From: the human T2T-CHM13v2.0 reference genome, Homo sapiens
Assembly: GCF_009914755.1 (NCBI RefSeq)
Contig: NC_060938.1
Length of the DNA stretch: 64,000 nucleotides
Reading direction: 5' to 3' (one strand)
This document shows positions 35,875 to 50,250 of the stretch, piece by piece. The position numbers were made by a program, and so were the translations under genes. The number at the start of each line of letters is the position of its first letter. Position 1 is the first letter of the stretch. The notes beneath the pieces were generated by a model. The model worked only from the letters and a program-made list of their open reading frames with translations, did no database searches and had not been told where the DNA came from.

Positions 35875-36028
35875 TAATTCCAATGTTAAAATCTTGAACA
35901 TTTATTCGCAAACATACTACTCATTTCAAAAACACCTACACATTTTTTCTTCTAATCCTATATTCTTTATTTTATCTGAGTTTAAAACTTAGAATTTAAA
36001 CTGTAGATTTAAAAGTAGCAAGGTGAGA

Positions 36029-36088
36029 TTGATCAGTATATTTAACTATGTGCTGAGGTTGATAAGTATATTTAACTATGTGCTGAGG
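36029..36088. repeat. 2 x 30-bp tandem duplication
   Basis: ttgat(c/a)agtatatttaactatgtgctgagg twice, 29/30 identical. Confidence 0.92.
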
Positions 36089-36359
36089 ATGCCGTGGGAA
36101 TGGATTTAAATTTGCTGTGGGCTGTTTACTTTTTCTTTATTCAATGAGCCTTACCATATAAGGGGCAAACTGTGGCCACTGAACAAAGAAAAAGTAACCA
36201 GCCCACAGCAAATTTAAATCCATTCCCACGGCATCCTGAGCACAGTATTGTGTTTTCACATAAATGCCCAAGACTTAGTTCGTAATGATCTTTCGCTAAA
36301 ATGTGTATCCTTGATCCAGGTGGAGCTGAGAGAATATACATGAATTAAATTTAATTAAT

Positions 36360-36654
36360 TAATTATTATTGAGGTAGGGTCTCTCTGTCACCCAGGCTGG
36401 AGTACAGTGGTGTGATCTTGGCTCACTGCCACTTCTGCCTCCCAGGCTCAAACAATTCTCCCACCTCATCCTCCCTAGTAGCTAGGATTTCAGGCACCCA
36501 CCACACACCATGCCCAGCTAATTTTTGTATTTTTAGTAGAGACACGGTTTCGCCTTGTTGCCCAGGCTGGTCTTGAACACCTAGGCTGACGTGATCTGCC
36601 GGCCTCGGCCTCCCAAAGTGCTGGAGTTATAGGTGTAAGCCACTGTGCCTGGCT
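36360..36654 (-). mobile_element. Alu
   Basis: Antisense dimer; TSD tata(c/t)atgaattaa. Confidence 0.92.
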
Positions 36655-37146
36655 GTATATATGAATTAATCAAAATAGGTACTTCAGCATTGATGAGCAG
36701 AATGCCCAAAGATTTTTCTATATTGAAGCCCACATTATTTATTAGGCTTCTTACTAAAGCCCATGAAAGACATTGAGCCATAGGTTTTCTATACACTAAA
36801 AACCTACTTTCTGGAAAGTCAGATGTTACCAGTTTCTTCCCACTGCTATTACTTTGGCTCCTCCCTTTGACCAGGTGATACTGTTAAAAGCCTAGTTATT
36901 TCATTGCTAGTCATGCAAATGGTAATTAGTGTACATTAGAGCAATAATGCATTCCCAGGTTCAGTGTAAAGAGCATGGTGTTTCCATGCTCTGGTTCTCT
37001 CTCCTTGTCACAGATAATAAATCACAAGCCATGTTTAAAATACATTCTCTGCAGTCTTTGATACTGTGTAGTGCAAGCAACAGATTCATAGTTTCTTTTT
37101 AAGAATCTGAACTTTTACAGAATATGTATATCTCCATATACTTTTA

Positions 37147-37416
<270 letters not shown>

Positions 37417-38367
37417 TTATATCAGTTGAGTCTGTTTCTTGGTCTCTTTATCTCATGAATGAAAGTAATAATACCAGCTTACTGTTTTCTCTAAGATTAA
37501 ATTTCAAGAAATATTTTTGTGTAGAGATAAATAAAATTCAGTTATTGATCTAGGGTGTTGATAGTCTGTTAGGGAAGACAGATCTGTAAGTGGATAATTA
37601 TACTACGGTGTGGAAGTTCAAAAGCAGACATATCAAAATCCGGAAGTTAACTGTGGAAAGCAGTGATTATTTGATTGGCAAAGGAAAAAGGGGTAAGTCA
37701 GGGAAGGATGACTAGACTCATGCCAAGTGGATAAGGTTAGGGAAAAGACATTTCAGGAAGAATGACTAGTACATATATGCAGAGTTATAGAGACATGAAA
37801 TGGTGCGATGCGCTCTGAGTGCTAGAAGGAAGTCTGTATTGTTTGTATAAAATGCCATAGGCACTGGCCAGAGATGTTGCAGGAAAGTGTAGTTGGGGCC
37901 AGATCAAGAGGGACCTGAGTTCTTGGACTTTGCCTGGTAGGTAGGGGAAGGAGTTAAAGCAAATGAATCACAACTGTGTGTTTTAGGAAGATCACTCTGG
38001 CAGCATGAATCTGGAGGGGGTGAGTACAGACAGGAAGACTAGGTAGAGATTAGTGCTTTGCTTTCAGGTGAAAAAAAAATGAGGTCAGTGAATTATTAAA
38101 TAAAAAGGAATGGCAGAGGAGAAAGAGAGGACAGGATTGAGCTGAACTGTTCAGGAGCTGGAATGGTTAGGACTTGGATTGTCCAGAGAGTTTTCTCTTT
38201 GTGACTTAAAATATATGGCTTTTCCCAGTTTTCCTGGGTTAGTTTTTAATTTTTTAAACTTGCGGTTTCAAATGAGTCATTCTACCCCTTAGACTGTCCA
38301 GAGAGGGAGGGGGCTCTTTGCATATTTATTTTTCCTAAAGCTCAGCCTAATGCTATGTTCTTTTTAG

Positions 38368-38514
38368 GTCAGATGGGCAGACCTGGAAGAGAAGAAGGAT
38401 GCAGATAGGAAAAGGGCCATAGGTTTTGTGGTCGGACAGACTGATTGGGAGAAGATCACAGATGAAAGTGGTCACCTGGCTGAAAAAGCCCTCAATCGAA
38501 CCAAATATATATGA
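38368..38514 (+). CDS. YLPM1: YLPM1 last coding exon (VRWADLEEKK...NRTKYI*); exon continues as UTR to 38550
   Basis: tttttag|G acceptor, TGA at 38512-38514, then AAG|gtaaga donor at 38550/38551. Confidence 0.93.
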   Translation, partial: VRWADLEEKKDADRKRAIGFVVGQTDWEKITDESGHLAEKALNRTKYI

Positions 38515-38877
38515 GACTTAGTTTTTGAACGGAGTCATTATTCCTCTAAGGTAAGAGTACACAGTCATATAAATAGCCTACTGTGTGGTTGCTTCAAAGG
38601 GTTTGAGATAAAGAAGACAGCATATTTTGCTAAAAATGCTCTCTTCTTGTGTTATTTTATAGTTCTGAAAGAGTAAGTATGTACTAGTTGTTAACATTTA
38701 CAATACTATTAGAAAAGGAAGCCATTTTCTGCAAGCTGGCTCACTTATAAAAATAAAAACCTTGAGAAAAACTTGAATTCTATAGATTTGGGAAGGACTG
38801 AAATGATGTTATACTAAGGGCTACTGAACTTTTTGCCTGTTCTTTCCAGGTGTGACAGCCTTTTCTTTTCTTTCCAG

Positions 38878-39272
38878 GTGGTTCGCTTTGAGGTGGTCTG
38901 AAGCCAAGGCCTCGCGGAGCTTCTTTGTGTGTCACCTTGCTTCCACGTTTCAGTTCTTGTTTTGTTTCTACTGCTTTAGTTTTTTTTAAAGTTCTCCAGT
39001 GTCCCCAAGAGGTATTAGAATCTTGCTGTACCCAAGCAAGACGTTAATTTTTCTTTTAACTGTTTTGGGGAGGGAGGGAGTGATAGCTTAACTGCTGAAG
39101 CCAGGCGGGGGTCTGCTGGAGGATTCCAACAGAGAGTATTTCCTCCACTGTACAATGTCACAGACTATCTCTATCATCATTGCTTTGTGGCTGTTTCTGT
39201 TTTTTACTGTATGTAACTGGTAGCTGATTGTACTAGGATTAAAAACAATAAACTTTCATGATAAAGCCGATG
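38878..39272 (+). other. YLPM1: YLPM1 non-coding terminal exon (3'UTR); 3' end approximate
   Basis: Strong pyrimidine tract and tttccag|G acceptor at 38877/38878; poly(A) signals at 39238-39252. Confidence 0.8.
39238..39252 (+). terminator. YLPM1: YLPM1 polyadenylation signals ATTAAA (39238-39243) and AATAAA (39247-39252)
   Basis: Canonical hexamers with TGTA motifs just upstream and a T-rich tract at about 39300. Confidence 0.82.
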
Positions 39273-42080
39273 AGATTCATGGGCTATACAGCATGGGCCC
39301 TTTTCTCTTGTTTTCTTAATTTTATTTTTAATTGCTTTTTAAATATGGTATGTCCTAATTAAATGCTAGCTGAACATCCCAAAACCTTTTTTTCATTGAA
39401 TATTATATGGCTCAATGATTCCGTAGCACATGTTGTAAAACACAGGGTTCAAATGATGTTCAAAACACTCATCTTTGTTTTATAGCTGATTTCTCTATCT
39501 TTGTGTCTTGAAGACTGACCAAGTTCAAATATTCATCAGTTCCCTGGAGCATATCCATTCTGTAACATGATGCTTTATTTAAAAATTTTTTTTGATCCTC
39601 TCTCTGTTCTTCCCTCTCTTCTTTCCTTCCTTCTTCTTTTCACTTTCTGCCTTTATGCTGTTAGGTTTTTATTTTTTCCTGATCTGGCTTTGAATTCTGG
39701 TAGACAGAACTGATGTATTCTGTGGAACTCAAGCTTGTTGCCTTCATTTGAACTTGAATTGTGGATTTTTAAATGAAGATTGCAGGGAAAGAGTATAAAG
39801 ATGCAGAGCACTCTGGCATGTAACCTTTAAGCCTGTCAGGTTTTCAAGTTCTTGCCAGATTGTTCATTACTGGAAAGCATGGCCTTCTGCACAGAATTTC
39901 CTCTCTTGTGGTTAATACCAGGTGGAACCCAGAAACATACAGAGATAAAACCCAAATATTATTTCTATGTAAACACAGAAAAGGGACTCTTCCCTTTTTC
40001 ATCCTGCAAAGAAAAAAGTCATCTTTTAGCATGAAAGAAGATGAGAGAGCCTTCTTCCTCAAGCATAATTTGCATTTTGTAATCCAACTCAGTAATTTGT
40101 AAATGTGTTCACTGAAGACTTCAATATTTTGAAATATTCTCTTTCAGGCCACAGATGAAAATCCTTTACTTTTATGACCTACATTAAAGACTGTATGAAT
40201 AGAGCTAATAGTTACTAGCATTTGAATAGTATCACTTTGGGTTCAACAAATTGATATTATAGTACTGAATACCCCTAATTTAATGGAAATTCTAACAACT
40301 TTCTGTACTTTTATCTTCCCTGAAAATCTGAATTTTTAAGCAAGTGACTTTAAGTTCATTAAGTCAATATTGAATGTATAAATTGCTACATTAAATAACT
40401 TCTGCTGTTTGTAGTATTTAATAAGCTATTTTCATTGCTTATTGGCCTACAATACATTTCTGTGTACTGACCTTTCTCAGCAGCCTTTATTATGTAGAGT
40501 GAAGATATGTCGCAAAAATAGCCAAATAGAATTATTGTTTGTACAAAGACTCATTTACTACTTTCTAAAGCCACCCAATGCCTATTATCAAAAACAAAAC
40601 TTCCATAATGTGTTCTCTAGTTCAGATGAAATGGAGGCCGATATGTTCTTCTGCAGGATGCTTTATTTCAGTTGTCCTTAACCTTGTGATGTTCTGACAG
40701 TAGTTAGAATGCCAATGAAATGAGTGGTGATTATCCGTGAGTCACTTGGAATCATGGGTAATTTTGCATATGTGTGTTTTCACCTTACAGCCATGGCTTT
40801 ATGTCTGTGCTCTTATACCAGGGCAGGGTGGGAAGCTGGGGAAGAGTTAACATAGTCAGAAACGGCCTCTGCCAATTTTCAGAAGATATAGATTACGTGA
40901 CCTTAGAGAATGAACATAGAGTGCTCCTACTTTAGAAAATGGGTATAACAACCTTCATGCAAGGAGATTAATGAAAAAAGATTTGGCACCAAAAAGAGTA
41001 ATAGAGACAGCCAGCTGATAATTGATTTTGCTAGTCCAATGTGGGACTTAACAAAATTCTTGCACTTACATTACTATTAGAAGCAGTATCGTATAGGAAG
41101 CCCAAGGTATCTTGAAGAAGAAATTTGGTGTGGGTAGAAAATGCCTTGATAATACAAATATTTTAAGTTTGTTAAGAGGTGTCCTGGAAATGCAGAGGAC
41201 TAATTTTGGATTCCATTATTTGCTAGCATTTTATTTTAATTTTATTAACATTGTCTTCTCTTAGAAAGTTGCTGGTTTAAATCATATGAGTTTTATTTTA
41301 AATCTTTTGTGGTGTCATGTTACTTAAAATAATCTTATGTTGGGAAAGGTTTCTGATACCTTGGTGGGTATTTCAGCTTTTTTTTTTTTTTTGTCAGCTC
41401 TGTAAAGGATGATTTCAGACATTTTAAACTGAAAGTGAAATCTCTCACTTAAGTGATCTAACTTTACTTGTAAACTTCCTGTGTGAGGAATTCAGTAGAC
41501 GAGACCCAGAAATTTTTCTGTTTGAGAATATTTAGAGTTAAGTGCCGTATTTGAAATATTCAGGGACTGATTGCAGAATCAGAAGTCATTAATAATAATA
41601 CACAAGTAGTCTATTGACAGTTGATTCATATAATTTTCTAGAAGTTTGAGTTTGATTCAGATATCAGTGTTAAATCCAGAAGTTTATTGACAAAGATAAA
41701 ATCTTAAATTTTCTGGTTGGATTTGTTTTCCTCGTGAAAGAGTTTTGATCATTGAGCAAACCAAAGTAGGTGCCATGTCATCTAGAGATCGACTATTACA
41801 TTTTTTATTAGATTGACTAAGAATCTCAACTGAGGTTTTCTTATTTTGTAGGCCCCTCAGTTTTTGTGTTAAGTATTTTATCCTGCTAACTGTGCAAATT
41901 GCAGATATTTTGGTAAAGATGTCTAGAGCCTGGCTTAATTACTAGGATTATAAAAGCAACAGATTCTCAGCTGAGATAAGTTTTGCTAAGCCATAGAAGG
42001 AGAATGATTTCTCATTTTTAGTATTCACAGACCCTAATACAAGTTCAGATTCTTCTAGAAGCTGTATGACCTTAAGCAAC

Positions 42081-42386
42081 TTTTTTTTTTTTTTTTTTTT
42101 TTTTGGAGACAAGGTCTCACTCTGTTGGCTGGAGTGCAGTGACGCGATATAGCTCACTGCAGCCTCAACTTCCTGGGCTCAGGTGATTCTCCCATCTCAG
42201 CCTCCCAGGTAGCTGGGACTACAAGTGTGCACCACCACACCCAGCCTTTTTTTTTTTTTTTTTTTTTTTAAGAGATTGGTTGTTGCCATGTTTCACAGGC
42301 TGGTCTTGAACTCCTGGGAGCAAATGATCGCCTATCTCAGCCTCCCAAAGTGCTGGGATTATAGGCGTGAGCCACCGTGCCTGGCT
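42081..42386 (-). mobile_element. Alu (AluJ-like) inserted in a MIR (MIR continues about 42395-42530)
   Basis: Antisense Alu; MIR core ctgagcttcagtttcctgcctataaaatg follows. Confidence 0.9.
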
Positions 42387-45300
42387 GAAATATTTTAACC
42401 TATCTGAGCTTCAGTTTCCTGCCTATAAAATGAAAATAACAAAACACACCTATTAAACATTGAGATAATGCATGTAAGCTACTTGGCACAGTACTGAGCA
42501 CATAGTAAAAGCTCAAAAATCAGTAGTCACCATCATCGTTACTTTTTGACTTGTTCTCATGTGTTCTTTTTGAAATTCAAAATATCCAGCTGGCTTGAAG
42601 ATAGTTGTCACGTTTTATAGTCAGCTATCATAGACTGAGCTATGTCATATGTAATAGTACAGTGTGTTGAAAGAGTAATTATTCAGAAGCATTTTCAGGT
42701 AACCAGTGACATTGATTTTCAGAACTAGTACGGAGGCTTGAGAGGCTCAGGTGTAAAAGGTAATTTAGTACTTAGAGGGGGTTGAGTAGTAACAGAAAGT
42801 AGTTGTCAGACCACAGGTATAAACATAGGTGAGGGCACAGAATCATTGATTTGCCTTGATTTTCACATATTCAAGAAGAAAGTAACTTTGTGAATAAATA
42901 ATGCGTTCATAAAGGTATAAAACTCAGGAGGTTCAAGTGTCCCATCCATCTTAACCCTCAGCCTCCCACGACTCCATCTGTAGAGGCAACCAGTGTTGAG
43001 AAAAATTGTGTGGATAAGCATTAAGTATTAATGTTTTTACCTGGTTTTTGTACACACACTACCTTATTTTTCCTTTACCAGTATGTTTTAGAGGTCATTC
43101 AGATCATATATAAAATATTCACATTTTCTCTCCCCCCCACCTCCTTCTTTGGTTTTCCAAAGGTACCTTCATAATATAAAGAGGTTTACTGAAAAATTTC
43201 AGAAATTGTTTCAGCTGCATCTCTGTTCTTTTCGTGGCATGGAATACATGGTATGGGTATATTTGTATACAATTCTTTCATATATGTAGGTTGGTGTAAC
43301 CACCCTCCACCTTTCTCCTAGTCCCCCAACCCCACCATCTCTAACCCTTGGCAGCCACTAATCTGGTCTCCATTTTTATAATCTTGTCATTTAAAGAATG
43401 TTATAAATATGAAGTCATACAGTATGTAACCTTTTGGGATTGGCATTTTGGCTTTTTTCACTCAGCGTAATTTTCTTGAGATTCATTTAAGTTGTTATGT
43501 GTGTCAATAGCTTATTCCTTTTTATTGCTGAGTAGCTTTCCAACTCATTCTCTTTTGCAGCTGCAGAATGTTTTATGTCTTTACTATCATTTTAACTTAC
43601 AGAGTCTCTATTAATGGGTATTCATGCTCTCGTTTACTGTTATAAATTATGAATTTCACATATACTCAGTCATTCTGCAGCTTCCTGTACTTGCCTGATT
43701 TCTAGCAATGAAGGAAAATACCGATGGCACCATTTCATAGACATACTCAAAGGATGACAAGCACTTAAGGACCAGCACAGCACAGCGGTGAACTCTCAAG
43801 ACAGTATGACAGTAATGAGATGACGAAGGCACATCTTGTTTCCTGGAAAATTCTGCATGATAGGAGACTGACAAAGCAAAGAACCATGATGTGTCTTAGA
43901 GAACCAGAATGGTCAGAGACTCTGATGATCCCCTGGTCCACACGTGACTGAGAGTTAATACCTTAGGTCACTGTTCTCAGAACCTGGATATTTATATGCA
44001 CGTGCACCTCAGTGACTGATCCATTCTCAGTTTTCAGGTCCATTGCTTTCACATTTGAAATAGTCAAGGAGCATCTTTATGACTGGGGCTGAGCTTCTGC
44101 ATTCATGTACAGCCCTCTGCCTGCCAGCAGTGCCTTGCATTTGTGATCCTACAAAGAGCCTGTGGACTTAATGGTTTACTGTATAGGGAAAGGCTTGACT
44201 TTGTGTCTTCTACTTAAGAAGCTTGAACTTTTTACCAAATATTCGTACTCCTTTTCCTGAAAATACTGATCTAGGCTACAGATCCATCTCTTAACCATAT
44301 TTGAAAAATTGAAATAATATCTTCTGCCATAACTTGAAATTCCACTCTCAGATCTGTTATTTCTGACAGTGAGTTTGTATTTCTCAAGTAGATATGTCTG
44401 ATGCTTATTTCTTTTACAGCATCTGGCTCAGTGCATGGCTCATATATCTGTAGAGTGAGTAAATACAGGGAATGTTTCCTATGTGTATGGCAAGGGTCAC
44501 AGACTCAGGCAGGTAACAGATGAGCAAGGCAGAGGGTGGAGACTGGTAAACTAGACAACTAGATAGGTCAGGTCAATCGGGGGCAGCACCTGCTCAGCCA
44601 TAGCAGATTGTGGCCATGTGGGGATATAGGTCTCATATTGCCAGATTTCCTGGGTTTTCAAGAAAAAGTGAAAAATCTGGATTTTTATGTGAGATCTTCC
44701 AGTATTTCAGCATCAGGTTCTTTTTGTTTGTGAGTGCTTTGGCCCTCACAGCCTGCCTGCCACATCTGACTTGTGGACTGCCGGCTTGAAACCTTTGATA
44801 TTTAGAGAAGTGGTTAGACCTTAGAGTTGGTTCTGGTGAGATCCTTCTTGTTTTACAGATGAGGTTTCTGAGACCGAAAGAAGGGAAGTGACTTGCTCAA
44901 AGTCTCACTGTTACTCAGTGGCAAAACAAGACTAGAATTTGGGTTTCCTGGTCCATAACCTGTCACTTTCTTTTTTCTTAACTACAATACCTCCTTTATG
45001 AAGACCTTCATAAATTCTAGGATGGTGAATTCTCCTTTATTTTGTGTGTCGTGTGCAAGTGGACATGTGTGTATTTACTAAACTCTGTGGACCTGGAAAT
45101 ACATTCTGATATGACTATCAGGAACAATGTGATTACTTCTGAAACCAACTTCCTTAAACCCTCATGTATAAGGTAGCTATACACCTAGGATCCCTCTTAA
45201 ACACTTACTACTTGGTTGGGTAATTCTCATGAATAACAGAAGCTTGAAAATTAACAGAGTATTGGATTCAGTGATTGTACAAGAGCAGTGGAGTTTTCTC

Positions 45301-45655
45301 CACAAAGTAGAGAAAATCATTTGTGTATTGTTATGCAAATAGCTTACAGAACTATTAATAATTTTGTTTTCTTTAATTTGTAATTTCTTATGTAACTAGT
45401 CCATTTGCTTTCACCCAGTGATGAGCATCTTACCTGCTTCACTCGGTAGCGCTCCATTCCTAATCTTTTTAAGGACAAATTCATCAACTTGGCGTTAAAG
45501 TCTATCAGTAACATGATCCCAGCTACTTCTCCAGATTCCTCTTGAGCTGTCCTTACTACATGTGCACTACACTGCAGCCACACTGTGTGACTTATTCCCT
45601 GGGGTTTCTATTGTTTCTGCCTTGCTTTTCTCATCCTTTAGATATTAGCATTATT

Positions 45656-46096
45656 GGCTGGGCACAGTGGTTCACACTTGTAATCCTAGCACTTTGGGAA
45701 GCTGAGGCAGGCAGATCACTTGAGCCCAGGAATTAGAGACCAGCCTGGGCAACAAAAATGTCGGCTGCAGTGAGCTGATACTGCTGTCCACCCTGGGCAA
45801 CAGGGTGTGAGACCTCATCTCAAAAAAAAAAAAAAAAAAAAAAAAGCCAGGCACGGTGGCTCATGCCTGTAATCCCAGCATTTTGAGAGGCCGAGGCAGG
45901 TGGATCATGCAAGGTCAGGAGTTTGAGACCAGCCTGGACAACATGGTGAAACCCCATCTCTACTAAAAATATAAAAATTTTCAGCTACTCGGGAGGCTGA
46001 GCCAGGAGAATCACTTGAACCCAGGAGGCAGTGACCCAAGATTACACCACTGCACTCCAACCTGGGTGACAGAGCAAGACTCCATCTCAAAAAAAA
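45656..46096 (+). mobile_element. Two tandem, internally deleted Alus (45656-45845, 45846-46096)
   Basis: Both jump across parts of the consensus; the second begins right after the A-tail of the first. Confidence 0.88.
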
Positions 46097-48984
46097 GATC
46101 GGTGGTGGGAGAAACTGTCCAAAGGCCCAGCTCACATGGTACTGCGTCCCTGAATCTGTTCCTCATCTTGTTCCCTCCCAGCTCTCACAGGCTTTGTTTG
46201 TACATGTCCTACCATCTTCTCTTAATTTGCCTTTCTAGTAGAGTAACTTATATATCCTTCCCCCCCATCCTTACCCACTTACATACAAGCTCCTAGAAGG
46301 TGAGAATTATGTTTTACTCATCTTCCATCCTTGTAACACATAATATGCAGTATCTGTTACATATAGTTGCTACTCAAGAAGTATATTTAGAATTGATGAC
46401 CTGGTGATTTTTAAGTATAAAATTAATTCATGTAGGTTCATATATGTATAATTTATAAAACCAATTCTTGTGTTTGCTTTTTCCCTACCTCTGTATCTTC
46501 CAGCTGGTGGCATATCAATACTTAAGGCGTAGCACATTCAAATGCCTTCAAAGGACAGGAAGATAAGTGTAAATGAGAGAATTGGCCAGTAATTTCATAA
46601 TATATTTAGTTTTATTCTTTCAACAGAAACTTACTTTGTTTGCAGATTAGACATGTGGGAATATTCTTCACTCTTATAGAAAAATACCCTGTTTCTCATT
46701 CTCAAAACTTTTGGCACTCTCTTAGTTTTCCCACCTTTGGTAGAGACATAAGTACAGTATTATTTTTTCTTTACTGTGAGAAAAACAACAGCAGAAGCAG
46801 AATAAAACAGGGTACTTGGCCCTCTCAGCCTCAGGGTTCAGGAAGCAGTAGGGTATGGTGGAGGCTGGGATGGTGCAGAGTGCTTGTCCTGTCTCAGGGG
46901 ACAATTCTCCAGCCAGTGGTTGGAATGAAGAAAGACAGACCCAATGTTACTAGATGAAGATAAAGTGGAAGTCTGCATTTTTATGTGAAATAGTCACAGT
47001 AGAAACAAATCACATCTGGAAGCCACATGTTACCAATAGGCTGTCATTTTGGGACTTTTCTGACATGCTCTAAAGGATGATGACAAGTCTGAAAGACAGT
47101 TATGGCAAAGAAGATATTTGTAAGAAAGGAAACATCAGGTTTTATTACATATAAATATTTTGAGCAGCACCTTTTTACTAGTATTTTGGAAAAGCATTTC
47201 TGTCTTCATTGAGCCAAGTGGCAATACATATGTAATATACTGATGCTGAATTTGCGGTGGGTTGATTTTTGTCCATTGTTGGCTTTCACATGGAAGCATG
47301 AATATTGTCTCCCCGCTACCCCTTTTGAGTGACATCCTTCCAGTACCTCCATTTCTCAAGTTGCAGGTAAGCACCTTGTGTATATACAGTTAAATAGTGG
47401 GCACACATCTATCCCAGGAAAAGAAGACAGTGAGAATTCCCTTTGGTTAAGTGGAGCAGTTGAATGGCCACTATACCTGGATGCAAATTTGATCCGAATT
47501 TTCTGCTCTAAACCCTCCACTGCTTTCTGCTGTTTCCACTGAGGAAAGAGGATGTGTGTCATTAAAGCTTTGTTGGGACCTGTCACAGTCAAGGTGGGTA
47601 TAATTATGTTTAATTTATTGAAGTGTTTCTGGGCATCGTCTTTTTCAAATTCATATATTCTATCCAGAAGATGTGAATTCATTTTCATTATTAAAAAAAT
47701 AAAATATTACAGATAAAGCTCAACACTCCCCTCTCCCCCTTAAGCACAAATACCTTGAATCTTAGAGGTAATTACTATTATTTTGGAGTGTGGCTTTTCC
47801 AAACCTTTTTGTGTGTATTTGTATACATATGTACTTGCCTATAAAAATACAGTTTTACTGTTTTTTACATGACTGATATTCTTTACATACTGTTCTGCAG
47901 ACCTACTATGTCTTGGATACACACATGCATGTATATATGTATATATAGGTAAATATATATATAGGTAGATATAAATACATGCATTCATGTTTGTGTATAT
48001 TCCATGATATGTGTATAATGGCTTACTTTTTCCTTTTTTTGTGAGTTTTTCACTGTCATACCAGTGTTGCATTGAACATCCTTGTAAATGCCTTTTGCAG
48101 GCTTATTTTCAAAAATCTTCCCTGGGGAAGATACAGAAGAATTGAATTACTGGGCTACAGGGAAACCATTTCTCTTTTTATTTTCTCCTAATAATTATCT
48201 ACATGTGTGTTTTAGAAACAGTCTTAATTTAATATTGGGGGTTTCAAAAAATTTTTTTTCTCATTTTAAAATTCCAGTTTTATATGCTGTACTCATTTGA
48301 ATTCTGCCTTTTGAATCTAGATTTGGAATTGATATGGATAAGCAAAATAGGTTCTAAGTGGTAGTGATAGTTCATAACCAGTTTGCTTTTGGAATAGGTG
48401 CTGTTTCAATCTTGGGGAAGGTAAAATGTCAATTGAGGAAATAATCTTTAATCATGAAGTTCTTTTTTCCAAGTCATTCTCTGCTCCCTTTGGAATTATG
48501 ACAACTTGGATCCAGAGGTGCTGTGAAAATATTTTCTTACATCATACCTCTTCTTTTCATACAAGTTTGAATGATCCCGGAAAATACAGTTTTTGTATTT
48601 TCAAAAAAAAAAATGAAGTCTGGAACACCCACTTTTCTTAATAGGATCTAGTTTATTTGTTTAGGTAGTAAAGCTTTTATTAAAAGAACATACTTTGAGG
48701 ATTTTCTGTTTCTCACCTGAGCCTTCTGTATTCACTAGATATGAAACTGAGTGCATTGGCAGGGCCTCTACTAGACCTGAAAGGCAGCATTCCCAGTGTT
48801 TATTTTCAGGGGCCAGAGGGAAGGCTATTGACTGACATTGGAGGCCTTAACCCCTGGATTGGTAAGGTTCTGGTGGAATGATTGCTTAGATTCCATAAAC
48901 ACTCGAATAGATGATTACTCCTTTCTGTATGTATGCATTTTTGGAAGAATGATAAAATATGAAAAGTGTGAAGAGTTGTGCACT

Positions 48985-49143
48985 CAAGTGGTGGTTTTGA
49001 CCTGGGGAGCTTTTAAAACTCCCAAAGCTCAGGCTACACCTCATAGCAATTAAATCAGAATCTAGGAGTGGGACCCAGGCCTTGGTAATTTTTTAAAAGG
49101 CCACCAGGTCATTCTAATATGCAGCCAACTTTGAGAACTGGTG
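48985..49143. mobile_element. MER5-like hAT DNA transposon relic
   Basis: aattaaatcagaatct...ccaggtcattctaatatgcagccaactttgagaac. Confidence 0.7.
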
Positions 49144-49904
49144 GGGTAAAGGGGATTTTAAATTTTATTTCATCTCTAGCTGATGATAGGTTCATTAAGC
49201 AAAACTTTCGAAGGCCCTGGTCTGTTGGTTAACTTTGCAGGTGTGGAAGATACAGTTGTTGGAAGGATACTTGTTAATGAAACTCTTTAAATGTGCAAAA
49301 GAAAATCCACCTAGGCTGAAAGAGTTAATGCGGTTTCCAAAGGTGCTTGATAGCCAAGGAACAGCTTAGGCACAGGGACAGTCTGGCTTCTTGGGAGCAA
49401 ATAAAGCCAAGATTTAAAATGCCTTTTAATCTAAAACATATGTTTGCCCGTGGGCCTGGAAACAAGCCTAGGCCTTTGCAGTTGTGAAGTTTCCTCACGA
49501 TAGACAGACATGAGTTGTGGTCCAATGTTATTTAAACTTGAAAGCTTAGAGGAGAAATTTGGTTTGTGGAGGAGGTTGTAGATGGGAGAAGAGAAGTGCA
49601 GTGGGCAGGCAGAACAAATTATTTTTCTGTGGTTTGTCCTTTCTGATTTTAAGAGGAGAACTAGTTCATAGTTCCAGTTATCACATACAAAATGGAACAA
49701 ACCTCAAGAAAATGAGAATTGCTATTTTCAATAAGCTAGAATGATCTCTTTAAATTAATCTGCTTTGATACCTAAGATAATCTCTATTTGTGGCATAAGC
49801 GTCCTTATAAATGCATTCTATGGTGGTATGGACTGTTTTGCGTCTTCTTTAGAGTACGTGACTCCTTCATTAGAACTTTTCCCCAAAGATTCTGATTTCT
49901 CATT

Positions 49905-50250
49905 GTTTTTTAAATTTTTATTTTGAAATAGTTACAGATTCATAGGAAGTTGTAGAAAAAAATGTACAGAGAAGTCCTGGTGTATTCTTCAACCAGCCAT
50001 CCCCAATGGTAACATCTTATACAATGAGAAGTGTGTGTCAAAACTTTTAAAAGCCAAGAAGTTAATGTTGATACACTCCACAGAGCTTATTCAGATTTTA
50101 CCAGTTTTACAAGCACTCATGTGTATGTGTGTGTTTGGTTCTGTGCAGTTTTATCTAATGTAACTTCATGTATTTGTGTGTGTTTGGTTCTGTGCAATTT
50201 TATCTCATGTAGCTTCATGTAATCACCACCACCATAATCAAGATTCAGAA
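49905..50250 (-). mobile_element. L1MC-like 3' end with an internal 2 x 49-bp tandem duplication (50126-50221)
   Basis: ttttattttgaaatagttacagattcataggaagttg; tgtgtgtgtttggttctgtgca repeated at 50126 and 50175. Confidence 0.7.

Noticed and set aside
44420-44454. Possible 35-nt plus-strand cryptic exon (ttttacag|...|gtgagt) downstream of YLPM1
   Set aside because: Resembles an L2/MIR tail relic; splice-like pairs arise by chance and there is no transcript evidence here.
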